Assembly (NCBI GenBank): GCA_965206595.1
Contig: OZ242214.1
Span: 5,344,001-5,408,000, forward strand
Origin: Candidatus Latescibacterota bacterium
GTDB lineage: Bacteria > Latescibacterota > UBA2968 > UBA8231
Length of the DNA: 64,000 nt
Direction of reading: 5' to 3'
Positions 1-10,279 of the stretch are shown here, piece by piece (within the stretch, counting starts at the first letter, position 1; each line of letters begins with the position of its first letter). The notes under the pieces are model-generated. The model worked only from the letters and a program-made list of their open reading frames with translations, was not told where the DNA came from and searched no databases. The translations under genes and the position numbers were made by a program.

Positions 1-61
1 CATAGAGGTCGGACAGGTCCCAGGTAGGAAGGGCTTCGGTTTCCCGAGGGGATCGGGTCAT
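1..61 (-). CDS. 5' end of probable oligoendopeptidase F (M3B), runs off the window
   Basis: Reverse strand reads MTRSPRETEALPTWDLSDLY; WDLSDLY is the typical PepF N-terminal motif; AGGA RBS upstream. Confidence 0.6.
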   Translation of the reverse strand, partial: MTRSPRETEALPTWDLSDLY

Positions 62-81
62 GGGGTTTCCTGTTGAATATT

Positions 82-314
82 GACTCCTTCGTTAACAACC
101 CGGTTTCAGACAGGGATTCTGCTTGAAACGCTTGAAACCTAAATTTTACGACAATCAACGAATCTGGAATACGCAGGCATGATGAGACTGCCTCAGTGCT
201 TTATCGTCTCGTGGCCTCGGATCGGGGCTTCGAGGGCCTTTATTCGGCATCGAAAGCGACTTTTTCTTCCTTTTTTCAGCCCATCGCCGGGCTCAAGGCT
301 CCGGGTTTGGGCGC
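82..314 (-). mobile_element. Diverged right-end remnant of the IS1182-like element
   Basis: Reverse complement aligns by eye to 44988-45209: transposase tail APKPGALSPAMG* (vs APKPGAMSPAMG*) and terminus GAAACCGGGTT...ACGAAGGAGTC. Confidence 0.85.
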
Positions 315-343
315 CCGGACCATTGGCGGCATGCGCTCTGACG

Positions 344-2244
344 ATGCTGGTGCCCCGTCTCCTCGTGGGTCTCACTGTCTACAGAATTGGTGGAGACAGC
401 TTGCCACCTCCCGCTGAAGTTGGCGACGGCGACGCCGCTTTTGTTTTTGTGGAATGGGAGGATATCGGGAAGGAGGGTGCAGCCCATCAATTGGATATTG
501 GAGTCGGCATCTGGATATTGGAGTCGGCATCAAGCCCCGCCAGCATGACCCCCATTTGAACCTGGTACCCCAAGCGAAACAGAGGATGCAGAAGGAACTA
601 GGCCTCGAGTTCGGTTTACCAGGAGCGGCCTTGGACGGCGATCTGTCCACTGCATGGCAGGCGGAAGAGTACTTTTGTCTCTCTTACGGTGATCACATCG
701 GAAGGATTCTCTGCGATGAGGATGGGTACAGTCGTCGCGAGAGAGTGTCGATCGACCTCGGGGCGGAGTTGCTTCTCGAGCGCATCCGCATCGTATCTGG
801 TCTGGAGGATCCGCGCCGAATAGCCCGGGACTTCAAAGTCTCAATCTCACCGGTGCGTGCCGTTTACCTTGATCCTTTCTCAGACGAGGGCGTAACCCGG
901 CGAATACCCTTCTGGGCTCTACCCCGTGAACTGCACGTCACTGACAACGTGCAGCAGGTACGTGAGGTTGTTGTGCCTGCGCAACATCGACGTGCGATTG
1001 CTTTCGCCATATCACTGGGAGAACATGACACCCCATGGGATGTGGTTGAGATCGAAGCATATGCACGTGGTGTCGTAAGACTCGGCGTCTTACGTTTCCA
1101 GAATCCTCGATATGGGAGGACGGGGGGAGTGTGGGGGGAAATCAGGTGGTCTGGTCGAGAAAGCGATGGCTCGGAAGTTTTTCTCCAGACGAGAAGCGGA
1201 CGTGACAGTACACCATTCCGGTATTGGCGCTTTACAGGGCGTGGAACTGAAAGACAACAGGTCGACGAGGATGGCTACTCCAGGCTCCATGTCGGGGAGC
1301 GAGCTGGATTGACGTACGACGTTGAGAACTGGGATCCATGGGCTTCGCGGTATGAATTCGCGGACAGTCTGGGCACGGAGATCGTCCAGACAGCTCCACA
1401 TCAATTCTTCCAAGTAAAGGTGGACCTGGTGTCCAGCGGGGAAGTGGGACCGCAGCTGGATTATCTGGAAATCCTGGCTTCGAATCCTCCTGCAGCAATA
1501 TCCCTGACCGGGGAGGTATCGCCCAACATTGCGGAAGCAGGCAAGAGAACCACGTTCACGTACGTGGTGCGCCCCGAACTCTCGAAATCGGACCGTGGTT
1601 TTGACACTATGGAGCTCACGGCGACAAGTGCTCTAATACGGAACATCGACGATGTCCGATTGGACGGTTCTTCAGTGGATTTTTCGGTTGAAGAGAGCCG
1701 GGATGGGTTGTTCAGCGTGAAGTTCCCCAGGGTGGATTTTGCGCAAACCGGGAAGTTCATTGAAGTCGTGTTTGATGCTGAAGTCATGCGGAACGAGACG
1801 AAATTCGAAGCCCGTGTCCGCGACGGTTCGAAGCCCTATGAAGTCCCGCAACCGATTCTCGACGGGGACGCAAGCGATGAGTTCTCTGGGAACCGAACGT
1901 CGGTGAGAACATCGGCGTCAATCAATTCCATCTTGGAAACCAGCAAAAAAAGAATCGTGCTGACGCCAAATGATGATGGAGTCAATGACTGGGTCGACCT
2001 CCACTTCGTGCTCTTGGAGATAGTCGATCCGGTACCTTTGTTGGTGCGCATACATGATCTCAGCGGCGCGGTCCTGTGTCCATTGATGAGACATCCTGTG
2101 GACCTGGGCCGGCACCGAGTCAGGTGGGATGGCCGCGATAATGCTGGTAGTATCGTTGCGCCCGGTATATACCTCTATACCGTGGAGGCCGAGGCGGACG
2201 CCGGGACCGTTCGGAAAAGCGGGTTGATTCACGTGGTTTACTAG
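344..2244 (+). pseudogene. Secreted-type protein with C-terminal FlgD-like Ig domain, frameshifted by a 20-bp tandem duplication
   Basis: C-terminus TPNDDGVND...WDGRDNAGSIVAPGIYLY is FlgD-Ig-like; ORFs 179-559 and 454-2244 both encode LDIGVGI at the duplication and join if one copy is removed. Confidence 0.75.
492..531. repeat. Perfect 20-bp tandem duplication TGGATATTGGAGTCGGCATC x2
   Basis: Directly visible at 492-511 and 512-531. Confidence 0.95.
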
Positions 2245-2280
2245 CAACCGGGAGGGTTCCGGTCGATGGATCGGATTGGG

Positions 2281-3382
2281 TCATGGGGTTGGCCATTCCG
2301 GGCGGGAGCCCCGTCGCGTCAAACCGAGCAGCACCCGCTCTATCCAGAGTGGATTCCTGGGATGCAAGTATTCGCACAAGTCCCACCAGTACCGCACCTG
2401 TCGCGCATGTCGAACTATATCGAACATCAGGCGCAGTTCGAAATCGAACTCCGGATTGACACCGCGCAGGGTTCCGTAGGCGTTGCGAAGGCCTTCGACA
2501 TAGTGCGTCTCGCGGTTACTTCCCGGGGGACAGGATGAACCTCGCGCCGTGTGCGTGGCGATGCTGCCCTCGGCCTTTTTCAGGTCGGTAATTGCGGGTC
2601 CGAGCCGAGCCGCCTGAAAGTCGAAGAGGCCGCTGATCCGCACGCGCCTGCCGTTTTCCTCAACGAGCAGATTGTGCAAGCCCACCTCTACCTTCAGCAG
2701 CACCTCATCGCCCTTCTCCCCTCTGAACTCTGCCGCGCTCAGACATCGCCGGAGCCGGCGCTCAAACCCGGGAACCTGCGCTTCCAGTTCCCTCCTGAGG
2801 GTTGCGTTCCCCAGGAGAGTCTCTTCGACACTTTGAGGACCCTCCGGGAGGGCCGGCAGGCCCGCTGGCGGAGTCGGCTCGTGGATCCGGCCCAGCATCA
2901 CCCCCAGCTGCTCCGCCAGGGACAGACGCAGTTCGTGACTGGTCTGCTCGAAGAAGATTTCGCCCTGGCGGCCTTCCAGTCTGTTCGAGATCAGGTAGGG
3001 GTGTGGGAGCAGAGCGCCGCTCTCATCCAGTTCGCACTTCTCCGACACCGGTACTTCATCGGCACGTTGCAGAGCGCGGATCGCCCGGTGTTCCTGACGC
3101 AGGGACCATCCAGGCAACGAGCGGGTCTGGATCTTGATGATGAAGGATTCGCCCGTCGATGTACTGCTTGAGACGGGCCCAGTTGGTGAAGCCATGCTCG
3201 CGGGCGATGACGGACTGAGCGTTGCGCAGAGGGAAGGCCACCGGATCCTGGGGGACCGGCCAGCGCTGTCGGTGTACGCGCAGGTTGGCTTGCGCATTAC
3301 CTGCTGCCACGGCATCGCGCAGCTCTCGAGCCCGGAGCTTGAGTTGATCTATGTCGGGACGGGTGGGAAGGGGGGTATACAT
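2281..3382 (-). pseudogene. Small N-terminal helical domain fused to an APH/phosphotransferase-like domain; frameshift near 3152-3154
   Basis: MYTPLPTRPDIDQLKLRAREL...AQSVIAREHGFTNWARLK in one frame with GAAAGGAG RBS; IIKI...PYLISNRLEG...LGRIH...HNLLV...GLFDFQAA in the +1 frame. Confidence 0.7.
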
Positions 3383-3385
3383 GGG

Positions 3386-3592
3386 CGATCTCCTTTCCAA
3401 GAATGGCCTGGTGTCCGCAGAACAGGCAGAAAGAAGAATCGTTTGCAGTGAGGCTGGTTCGCAGGTGGGACTCGGTCCCTTGCCGCGGACTGGAGGCTCC
3501 CTATGAGCAACTAGGGGCAGGACAAGGCAGAAGAGTCAGGACGGCAAGCTCTCCGAGACCTGTTCGGTCGGTGCCGAGCCCACGCCCTCACT
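3386..3592 (-). ncRNA. Candidate structured cis-regulatory leader RNA
   Basis: Nested complementary segments 3447-53/3586-92, 3465-75/3574-83, 3479-85/3542-48; RBS-sequestering hairpin 3389-97/3429-37. Confidence 0.55.
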
Positions 3593-3661
3593 CCAGGAGC
3601 AGCGGTGCCTTGCATTCACCTTGTCGCCAGGCGTCCCGCGGCAATTCGTTGAACCCGGGTG

Positions 3662-4792
3662 TCAACCGCTCGCCACCAGCTGCCCCGCCCTCACCGTCGC
3701 CAGCGGCTCCCAGCAGCCCCCCGGCCGCTCGACGTCCAGGGTGTCGCGCAGCCGGCCCTCCTCGTTCCACTGCAGCAGCGCGAGGTCGGCGCAGGCCCCG
3801 GCCGCCAGGGTGCCGGCCTCCCCCTTCAGCCCGAGCAGCTCGGCAGGCCGCGCCGTTGCCCGCGCCAGGACCTCGGCTTCCGGCATGCCGGCGGCGATGA
3901 ACTTCGACATCGTTCTCGGCAGGTCGTGCTGCGGGTCGCTGCCGACGTGGCGGCTGTACTGATCGGTGGAAACGGTGTCGGGGTAGAACCCCTCGGCGAT
4001 GGCGGGCTCGACGTGGGCGAAGCTGAAGGACCTCATGCCGTGGCAGCCGTCGAACAGCACCCCCCGCTCCTTCGCCTCCCATACCGCCGATCGAACCTTG
4101 CCGCCGGCGATGATGTTGTCCTCGAGGAAGCTGAAGGTGTAGGTGAGGAGGTCGCCGGCCCGCAGGCAGGGCAGCTGCTCCTCGAGGGGGTAGTCGCTTT
4201 TGAACCGCGGTCCGTAGAGAACGGGGCGGCCGCTGCGCCCGGCCGCCTCGATTCCCCGGCGCAGGATCTCTCGCGGGTCGTGGGAGACCGCGGGGTTGTA
4301 CATGGTGTTGAAGGCGATGCCCCAGATCTCCTCCCCGGCCGCGAGGATGGTGCCGGCGCAGAGATCGACGTCGGCGTTGTCGAGGTGCTCGAAACAGTGG
4401 CCCTCCTGCGACTCGCCGTGTTTCGACAGGTGCAGGGCGAGCCGCACCCGCGTGCGGCAGCCGCCGATCACCTCGTCCCGGTAGGCCGGCCAGTTGAGGG
4501 CCCCGGCGTCCCCCTGCGACATGCAGGTCGTGACCCCGCGCGGCAGGAAGTGCTCGTCCGGGTCGATGCCGTAGCGCGACCCGCCCCGGGCCGGGTGGGC
4601 GTGCATGTCGACGAGGCCGGGCAGGAGCAGGGCATCCGGGTAGTCGAGGGTTTGCGCGGCCGTTCCCGTGACCTCGGGACCGGAGGCGGCGATGCGGTCG
4701 CCGCGCACGGCGACGGCGCCCGGGCCGTCGAGGCCGGTGTCGGCGCAGAAGACGCGGCCGGCCGTAATCAGCAGATCGTAGTCGGTCGTCAT
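3662..4792 (-). CDS. Amidohydrolase / dihydroorotase-like metallohydrolase
   Basis: PGLVDMHAH, GVTT, DAG, ATARPAELLG...GTLAAGACADL motifs; ATGA overlap with upstream gene. Confidence 0.85.
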   Translation of the reverse strand: MTTDYDLLITAGRVFCADTGLDGPGAVAVRGDRIAASGPEVTGTAAQTLDYPDALLLPGLVDMHAHPARGGSRYGIDPDEHFLPRGVTTCMSQGDAGALNWPAYRDEVIGGCRTRVRLALHLSKHGESQEGHCFEHLDNADVDLCAGTILAAGEEIWGIAFNTMYNPAVSHDPREILRRGIEAAGRSGRPVLYGPRFKSDYPLEEQLPCLRAGDLLTYTFSFLEDNIIAGGKVRSAVWEAKERGVLFDGCHGMRSFSFAHVEPAIAEGFYPDTVSTDQYSRHVGSDPQHDLPRTMSKFIAAGMPEAEVLARATARPAELLGLKGEAGTLAAGACADLALLQWNEEGRLRDTLDVERPGGCWEPLATVRAGQLVASG

Positions 4793-5856
4793 GGAGATCG
4801 CGGGTCCTGTCCGGCGTATTCGTTGTTGACCGCCTGCAGGAGCGCCCGCATGTAGGCGATGGAATAGGCGGTGCCGGCACGGCTGCCGCCGATGATCTCG
4901 GGGATGTGGTCGGGGATCACCGCCCCGTCGTACTCCACCGCCCGCAACGCCTGCATCACCCGGTGCATGTCCTGGTAGCCGTCGTCCATCAGGGTCTCGA
5001 CGCAGAGCTCGGGCATCGGGTTGGAGACGTTGCGGAAGTGGACCTTGAACAGCTTGTCGCGGCTGCCGAAGTAATGGATCGCCTCTTCGACGCTGCCGCC
5101 CATCCCCTGCTTGCCCCCTTCGAGCCAGCAACCGACGCAGAGGCAGACGCCGATGTTGGGGCTGTCGGCCATGTCGATGGCCCGCTTGTACCCGGCGAAG
5201 TTGCCGAACAGGCAGCGGGGCACGCCGCCGAGGGCGTAGACCGGGGGGTCGTCGGGGTGGATGCCGACGTAGACCCCGGCCTCCTCGGCCGCGGGTGCGA
5301 GCCTGCGGATCAGGTAGTCGTAGTTGTCCCACAGCTCTTCCTCGGTGTAGCGGCGGCCGTGGGTCAACTCCCCCGGGAAGGTCCGGTCCCCCCAGCGCCC
5401 GACGGCGTTGGCGACGTCGATGGTGCGGGCGGTCATGCCGCCGCGGCGGGTGGTTTGGCCGGTGCTCCAGATGCCGTTGCCCATGTGGGCGTAGGTGTGA
5501 TAGTGGATGCCGGCCTCGCCGAGGTTGCCGATGAAGCGGATCAGCTCCTCGACCTTGGCGTCCCGCCCCGGCAGGTTCAGGGTGATTTCAGGGACGTTGT
5601 GCACCCCGTGGTGGGCGATGCGGTAGATCTGCAGGCCGAACCCGGCGAAGCGGGCCTTGAGCCGCCTGTAGGTCTCGACCGTGTGCAGCGCCGGGTCGCG
5701 GATGCCGACCATCAGCCATTCGATGCCGAGCTGCTGGTGAAACCGCAGGTCTTCGTCGCTGGCGTCGTGGGAAGCCTGCCCGGCGACCTGGATTCCCGGT
5801 GTCGTCGAGAAGAAGCCGGGAACGGCGCGCAACGGGTAGCGTTTGTCGGTGCTCAT
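4789..5856 (-). CDS. Mannonate dehydratase (UxuA) family protein
   Basis: EELWDNY..., IHPDDPP, VHFRNV, IPDHIP motifs. Confidence 0.85.
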   Translation of the reverse strand: MSTDKRYPLRAVPGFFSTTPGIQVAGQASHDASDEDLRFHQQLGIEWLMVGIRDPALHTVETYRRLKARFAGFGLQIYRIAHHGVHNVPEITLNLPGRDAKVEELIRFIGNLGEAGIHYHTYAHMGNGIWSTGQTTRRGGMTARTIDVANAVGRWGDRTFPGELTHGRRYTEEELWDNYDYLIRRLAPAAEEAGVYVGIHPDDPPVYALGGVPRCLFGNFAGYKRAIDMADSPNIGVCLCVGCWLEGGKQGMGGSVEEAIHYFGSRDKLFKVHFRNVSNPMPELCVETLMDDGYQDMHRVMQALRAVEYDGAVIPDHIPEIIGGSRAGTAYSIAYMRALLQAVNNEYAGQDPRSP

Positions 5857-5877
5857 GGGACTCCTTGGGAACGGGGT

Positions 5878-6258
5878 CTAAACCTCGAGTGGCTCCGGGG
5901 TCTTCAGCACGAAGAACTTGCGGACCGCCTTCCTGACGTTCCAATGGGCCTTCAGGCCGATCGGAAAGTGGGCCATGTCGCCGGGGCCGACGGCGTAGCT
6001 CCTGCCCCCTTCTTCGGTGATCGTCACTTCTCCTTCGAACAGGTAGACGAACTCGTCCCAGGTGTAGGTCCAGTCGAACTCGCCCGGATCGCAGGTCCAC
6101 AGACCGCTGGACAGGGTCTTGTCGGCCGACTGGTTGAGCACGGCGCCGCGCGCGACCGGATTGCCGGCGGTGATCGAATCCCCGTCGATCGGCATGTCGG
6201 GGAGGGAGCCCTCCGGCTCGCTGGCGGTGATCATGGCGATGGTGCTGAGGTCTGTCAT
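5878..6258 (-). CDS. Cupin domain protein (DUF861/EutQ-like)
   Basis: SGLWTCDPG...DEFVYLFEGEV...GPGD...FPIG...W...RKFF. Confidence 0.85.
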   Translation of the reverse strand: MTDLSTIAMITASEPEGSLPDMPIDGDSITAGNPVARGAVLNQSADKTLSSGLWTCDPGEFDWTYTWDEFVYLFEGEVTITEEGGRSYAVGPGDMAHFPIGLKAHWNVRKAVRKFFVLKTPEPLEV

Positions 6259-6361
6259 GGGATTGTCTCCGGTGGGAGGTGGGAGTGCGATTTCTGCCGG
6301 CTCAGACGCTGAGAACCGGGGGACAAGCGGCCGAAGCGAAGATCGGCTTTACACACTGGGT

Positions 6362-7342
6362 TCAGACAGCCGCGGCGCAGGAGACGGCGCGGATTCCGGA
6401 GGAGGCGCTCCAGACCCTCTGCCAGCGCCGGCCGCGGTCGCAGCTTCGGTACAGTCTCTCCTCTACGGCCGCCCAGGCGCTGCCGGCGGCGTCGAAGGCG
6501 ACCTGGAAGGTGTCGACGTTGTCGTGGGCAACCTCCGGGAAGCCGTCGCGGACGTGGGCCCAGGAGCGCCCGGCGTCGTCGCTGCGGAACAGCTTGCCCG
6601 TCCCCTCGGCATGCGGCCCTCTGCTCACCGATGCGAGCAGGCAGTCCGGGTCGGCCGGATGCACCGCGACCGCCCTGCCGTAACGGGCGGGCAGTCCGCC
6701 GGAGCGGTGCTCCCAGGAGTCGCCGCGGTCGCCGCTGACGAACACGGCCTGCGCGGTGTTGGCGTACACCCGCTCCGGGGCCGCGGGGCAGACCGCGACC
6801 TGGTGCACGTCCTGGTGCAGACCGGGGGTCACCGGCTTCCAGGACTCGCCGCCGTCGGCGGAGCGCATGATGCTGCCGACGTGGATGTCGGCGTACACGT
6901 CGGCGCCGGAATGGGCGAGGCTGCGCACTGCCGGCGGGCCTCCCCATGGGGTGTACCAGTCGTCGCGGACAGCGAGCCGGGCGAAGGATTCGATCCGCCG
7001 TGCCGGCATTCCGCGTTCCATCCGATAGACATGAGGCGGCTCGGTCCCGATCAGCAGCACCAGCGGATCCTCGGCGAGAAGGTGCAGGCAGCAGATCTCG
7101 TCGTCGATGCCGCTCTCGAAGCGCTCCGCCCCGTCCGCACCGATGCAGGCGACCTCGCCGTTCGGCAGCGCCGCGACTCCGCCACCGTTGGCGGCCTCGC
7201 CTGCGATCGCGGCTTCGTCGAGCACCGGGACCGGTTCTGGTTCCGGGGCCGCTTCGTCCGCTACGTATACGGCCTCTTCCGTCAGTATCAGCACAGGGTC
7301 GCTCGCGGCCGGCAAGCCCGGCGGCGAAACCCTCCTTTCCAT
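6362..7342 (-). CDS. BNR/Asp-box beta-propeller protein (start uncertain)
   Basis: Repeated S-x-D-x-G-x-x-W Asp-boxes (SADGGESW, SGDRGDSW, SDDAGRSW, SCDRGRRW). Confidence 0.75.
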   Translation of the reverse strand: MERRVSPPGLPAASDPVLILTEEAVYVADEAAPEPEPVPVLDEAAIAGEAANGGGVAALPNGEVACIGADGAERFESGIDDEICCLHLLAEDPLVLLIGTEPPHVYRMERGMPARRIESFARLAVRDDWYTPWGGPPAVRSLAHSGADVYADIHVGSIMRSADGGESWKPVTPGLHQDVHQVAVCPAAPERVYANTAQAVFVSGDRGDSWEHRSGGLPARYGRAVAVHPADPDCLLASVSRGPHAEGTGKLFRSDDAGRSWAHVRDGFPEVAHDNVDTFQVAFDAAGSAWAAVEERLYRSCDRGRRWQRVWSASSGIRAVSCAAAV

Positions 7343-7580
7343 TGGATGGCGACTACGTGACATACGGCGCTCGCGGTTGTCAAGGCATATATACTGCGCT
7401 AAAATGAGCGCGATCAAGCAGGCACGAAAACTCAGCAGCCCTTCCAAGGATGGATGCCATGCCGGGGAGCGGGGGAACCGCGATGGGAGTCCGGATGTTG
7501 TTTCACCGAAGCCGGGATGGATCGGCGGAAGAGTTGCGAGGTGTTGGCGAGACAGGACGCCAGGGAAAGGACCGGGAAAA

Positions 7581-8969
7581 ATGACCATCTCACGCAGGAC
7601 GTTTCTCCGCAGGACCGCGGCCGTGTCCGCCGGCTTCGCTGGTCTCCGCGAGCTTTCGATGGTGTACGGCGCCGAGGCCCCCGAACAGATTTTCGATTCT
7701 CTCGAGAAGGACCCGAACGGCCTGCTCGAGCTGCCGCGCGGCTTCGGCTACCGGGTGATCTCGTGGGTCGAGGAGCGCATGGCCGATGGTTTCCTGGTGC
7801 CGTGGGCCCCGGACGGCATGGCTGCTTTTCCCGCCTCCAACGGCAGAACCTTGCTGCTGTGCAACTCCGAAGCGAGCCCCTCTGACGAGAAGGATGGGCC
7901 GATGGGGGAGCAGGCGAAGCTGCTGTCGCAGCTGCCGGAACGGCTGGTCTACGACCCGCGCGAGGACGACGGCGAGTGTCTCGGCGGGGTGACGACCATC
8001 ATCTACGACACCCGCACCGGGCTCGTGGAGAAGCAGTTTCTCAGTCTCGCCGGCACGGTGCGCAACTGCGCCGGGGGTCCGACCCCGTGGAACAGCTGGA
8101 TCACCTGCGAGGAGACCACTGACAAGGCGGGGGACGGGTACACGAAGGACCACGGCTACAACTTCGAGGTGGCCGCCTCGGAGAAGCAGGAGCTGCAGGA
8201 GCCGGTGCCGCTGGTCGACATGGGCCGCTTCGTTCACGAGGCGGTGGCCGTCGACCCTGCCTCGGGGATCGTCTACCAGACCGAGGACCGCGGCGACGGC
8301 CTCATCTACCGGTTCATTCCCGACAAGCCCGGCCGCCTGCAGGAGGGGGGGCGGTTGCAGGCGCTGGCCTCCTGGGACAAGTCCTCCCTCGACACCCGCA
8401 ACTGGCGGGGCGAAGGGGCCTCCGCGGGGACGGAGATCCCGGTCGGGACCGAGTTCCCGGTGCGCTGGATCGACCTCGAAGACGTGCAGTCCCCCGACGG
8501 CGACCTGCACCTGCAGGGGTTCAACAAGGGGGCGGGGCGCTTCGCCCGCGGCGAGGGGATGTGGTACGGGATGGGGAGCGTCTTCTTCGTCTGCACCAGC
8601 GGCGGCCACGCCGGACAGGGGCAGGTCTGGCGCTACACCCCGAGCCCGCACGAGGGGACCGCCGGGGAGCTCGGGGCCGGGGCGGGAAAGCTGATGCTCT
8701 ACGCCGAGCCGAACGACAAGGGCCTGGTGGAGAACGCCGACAACCTCACCGTCGCCCCGTGGGGGGACGTGATCCTCTGCGAGGACGGCGGCGGGCCCGA
8801 CCGCCTGGTCGGCATCCGGCCGGACGGGACGTTCTACGAGCTGGCGCGCACCGTCTCCTCGTCGGAGCTGGCCGGGGCGACGTTTTCTCCGGACGGCAGC
8901 ACCCTGTTCGTCAACGCCCAGCAGGACGGGGTGACCCTGGCGATCACCGGCCCTTGGCCGGCCGCCTGA
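7581..8969 (+). CDS. PhoX-family alkaline phosphatase (DUF839), Tat-exported
   Basis: SRRTFL twin-arginine signal; NCAGGPTPWNSWITCEE, GRFVHEA, DNL, CEDG motifs. Confidence 0.9.
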   Translation: MTISRRTFLRRTAAVSAGFAGLRELSMVYGAEAPEQIFDSLEKDPNGLLELPRGFGYRVISWVEERMADGFLVPWAPDGMAAFPASNGRTLLLCNSEASPSDEKDGPMGEQAKLLSQLPERLVYDPREDDGECLGGVTTIIYDTRTGLVEKQFLSLAGTVRNCAGGPTPWNSWITCEETTDKAGDGYTKDHGYNFEVAASEKQELQEPVPLVDMGRFVHEAVAVDPASGIVYQTEDRGDGLIYRFIPDKPGRLQEGGRLQALASWDKSSLDTRNWRGEGASAGTEIPVGTEFPVRWIDLEDVQSPDGDLHLQGFNKGAGRFARGEGMWYGMGSVFFVCTSGGHAGQGQVWRYTPSPHEGTAGELGAGAGKLMLYAEPNDKGLVENADNLTVAPWGDVILCEDGGGPDRLVGIRPDGTFYELARTVSSSELAGATFSPDGSTLFVNAQQDGVTLAITGPWPAA

Positions 8970-8978
8970 TCTTCCGCC

Positions 8979-10158
8979 TCAGCAGGCTCGCTCCTCGAGC
9001 CACCCCCTGCTGATCTCGAGCCCGAACCCCGGGGCGTCGCTGGGGACGACGAAGCCGTTCTCGACGACGGAGGTTCCGGGCAGCCGCACCATCTCCGCCA
9101 GCGGCACTCCCGGCGGGGAGACCCCCTCCGAGCGTTCGCCCCAGGCGACGGCAGGCATCGCGAAGGAGAGGTGCTGGCCGTACGGGTAGTTCATGCCGCC
9201 GTGGGCGAGCACGTGCTGGCCGTGGGCTTCGGCGAGGTGGCAGATGCGCAGGGGCGGCGCTGATGCCGCCGACCCAGCGGACGTCGGGCTGGAAGATGTC
9301 GACGAGGCCGTTGGCGGCGGCGAAGGCGAACGGCGGGATGGAGTACCAGTGCTCGCCGGTCGCCAGGATCTGGTGGGGAATGCGCTCCCGCAGCTTGACG
9401 TAGCTGCCGAGATCCTCCGGCCGGACGTAATCCTCGAACCACTTGATGCGGTACGGTTTCAGGGCTTCGGACAGGCGCACGACGTACTCGACGTCGAACG
9501 ACATCCAGGCGTCGACCATCAGCTCGCGCTCGTCGCCGATCAGCTCGCGGGCGGTGGCGACGAGCTCCTCGTTGCGGCGCAGCCCCTCCATGTCGTCGTC
9601 CGGCCCGTGGCGGAAGAAGACCTTGACGGCATTGAAGCCGAGCTCGAGGAACCACTCGATGCTGTTCTCGATGCCGTAGTTGTGCCCGGTGGCGCTGGCG
9701 TAGCAGGGGATGGCGGTCTTCTGCGGCCCGCCCAGAAGCTCGTAGACCGGCCGCTGCAGCAGCTTGCCCTTGAGATCCCACAGGGCCATGTCGACGGCGC
9801 TGATCGCGTAGCTCGCCAGGCCGGAGGTGCCGTAGTGGGCGGTGGCGCGCTGCATCGCGTCGAAAAGCTTCTCGGTGGCCATGCAGTTCTCGCCGGCGAT
9901 CATCGGGCCGAGGTGGTCCTCGATGATCCCGGCTACGGGAGGTGAGAAACAGCCGAGGCCGAAACCCCAGGTGCCGTCCCGGGCGGTGACGACGCAGGCG
10001 ACGTCCCGCCAGTCGCCCCGGGAGCGGGGCAGCAGGCCGGGGTAGCGGCGCATCGGGCTGACGATGGGAGGGGCGTCGGGTATCTCCGGAACGCGCGGCT
10101 TCGTCCTCTGGCGGGGTGCCGTCTCGATGGGGAAGGCGCGTACTTCGGCGATTTCCAT
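8979..10158 (-). CDS. Mandelate racemase/L-rhamnonate dehydratase-type enolase, one frameshift at G4 9251-9254
   Basis: AISAVDMALWDLKGK, MVDAW, WFED, ATGEH, QPD; removing one base restores ...LRICHLAEAHG...HGG...DAPGFGLEI C-terminus. Confidence 0.85.
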
Positions 10159-10279
10159 CTGTCGAATTCTCCGGTTTGTCCGGGTGCGGGGGAACCGCTA
10201 TACTCGAAAAACCGTTCGCTCTCCCCCGCACCTCCGTTCGCAAGCTCCCCCCATCTCCGGCTCTCCGCAAGGAAGGCAT

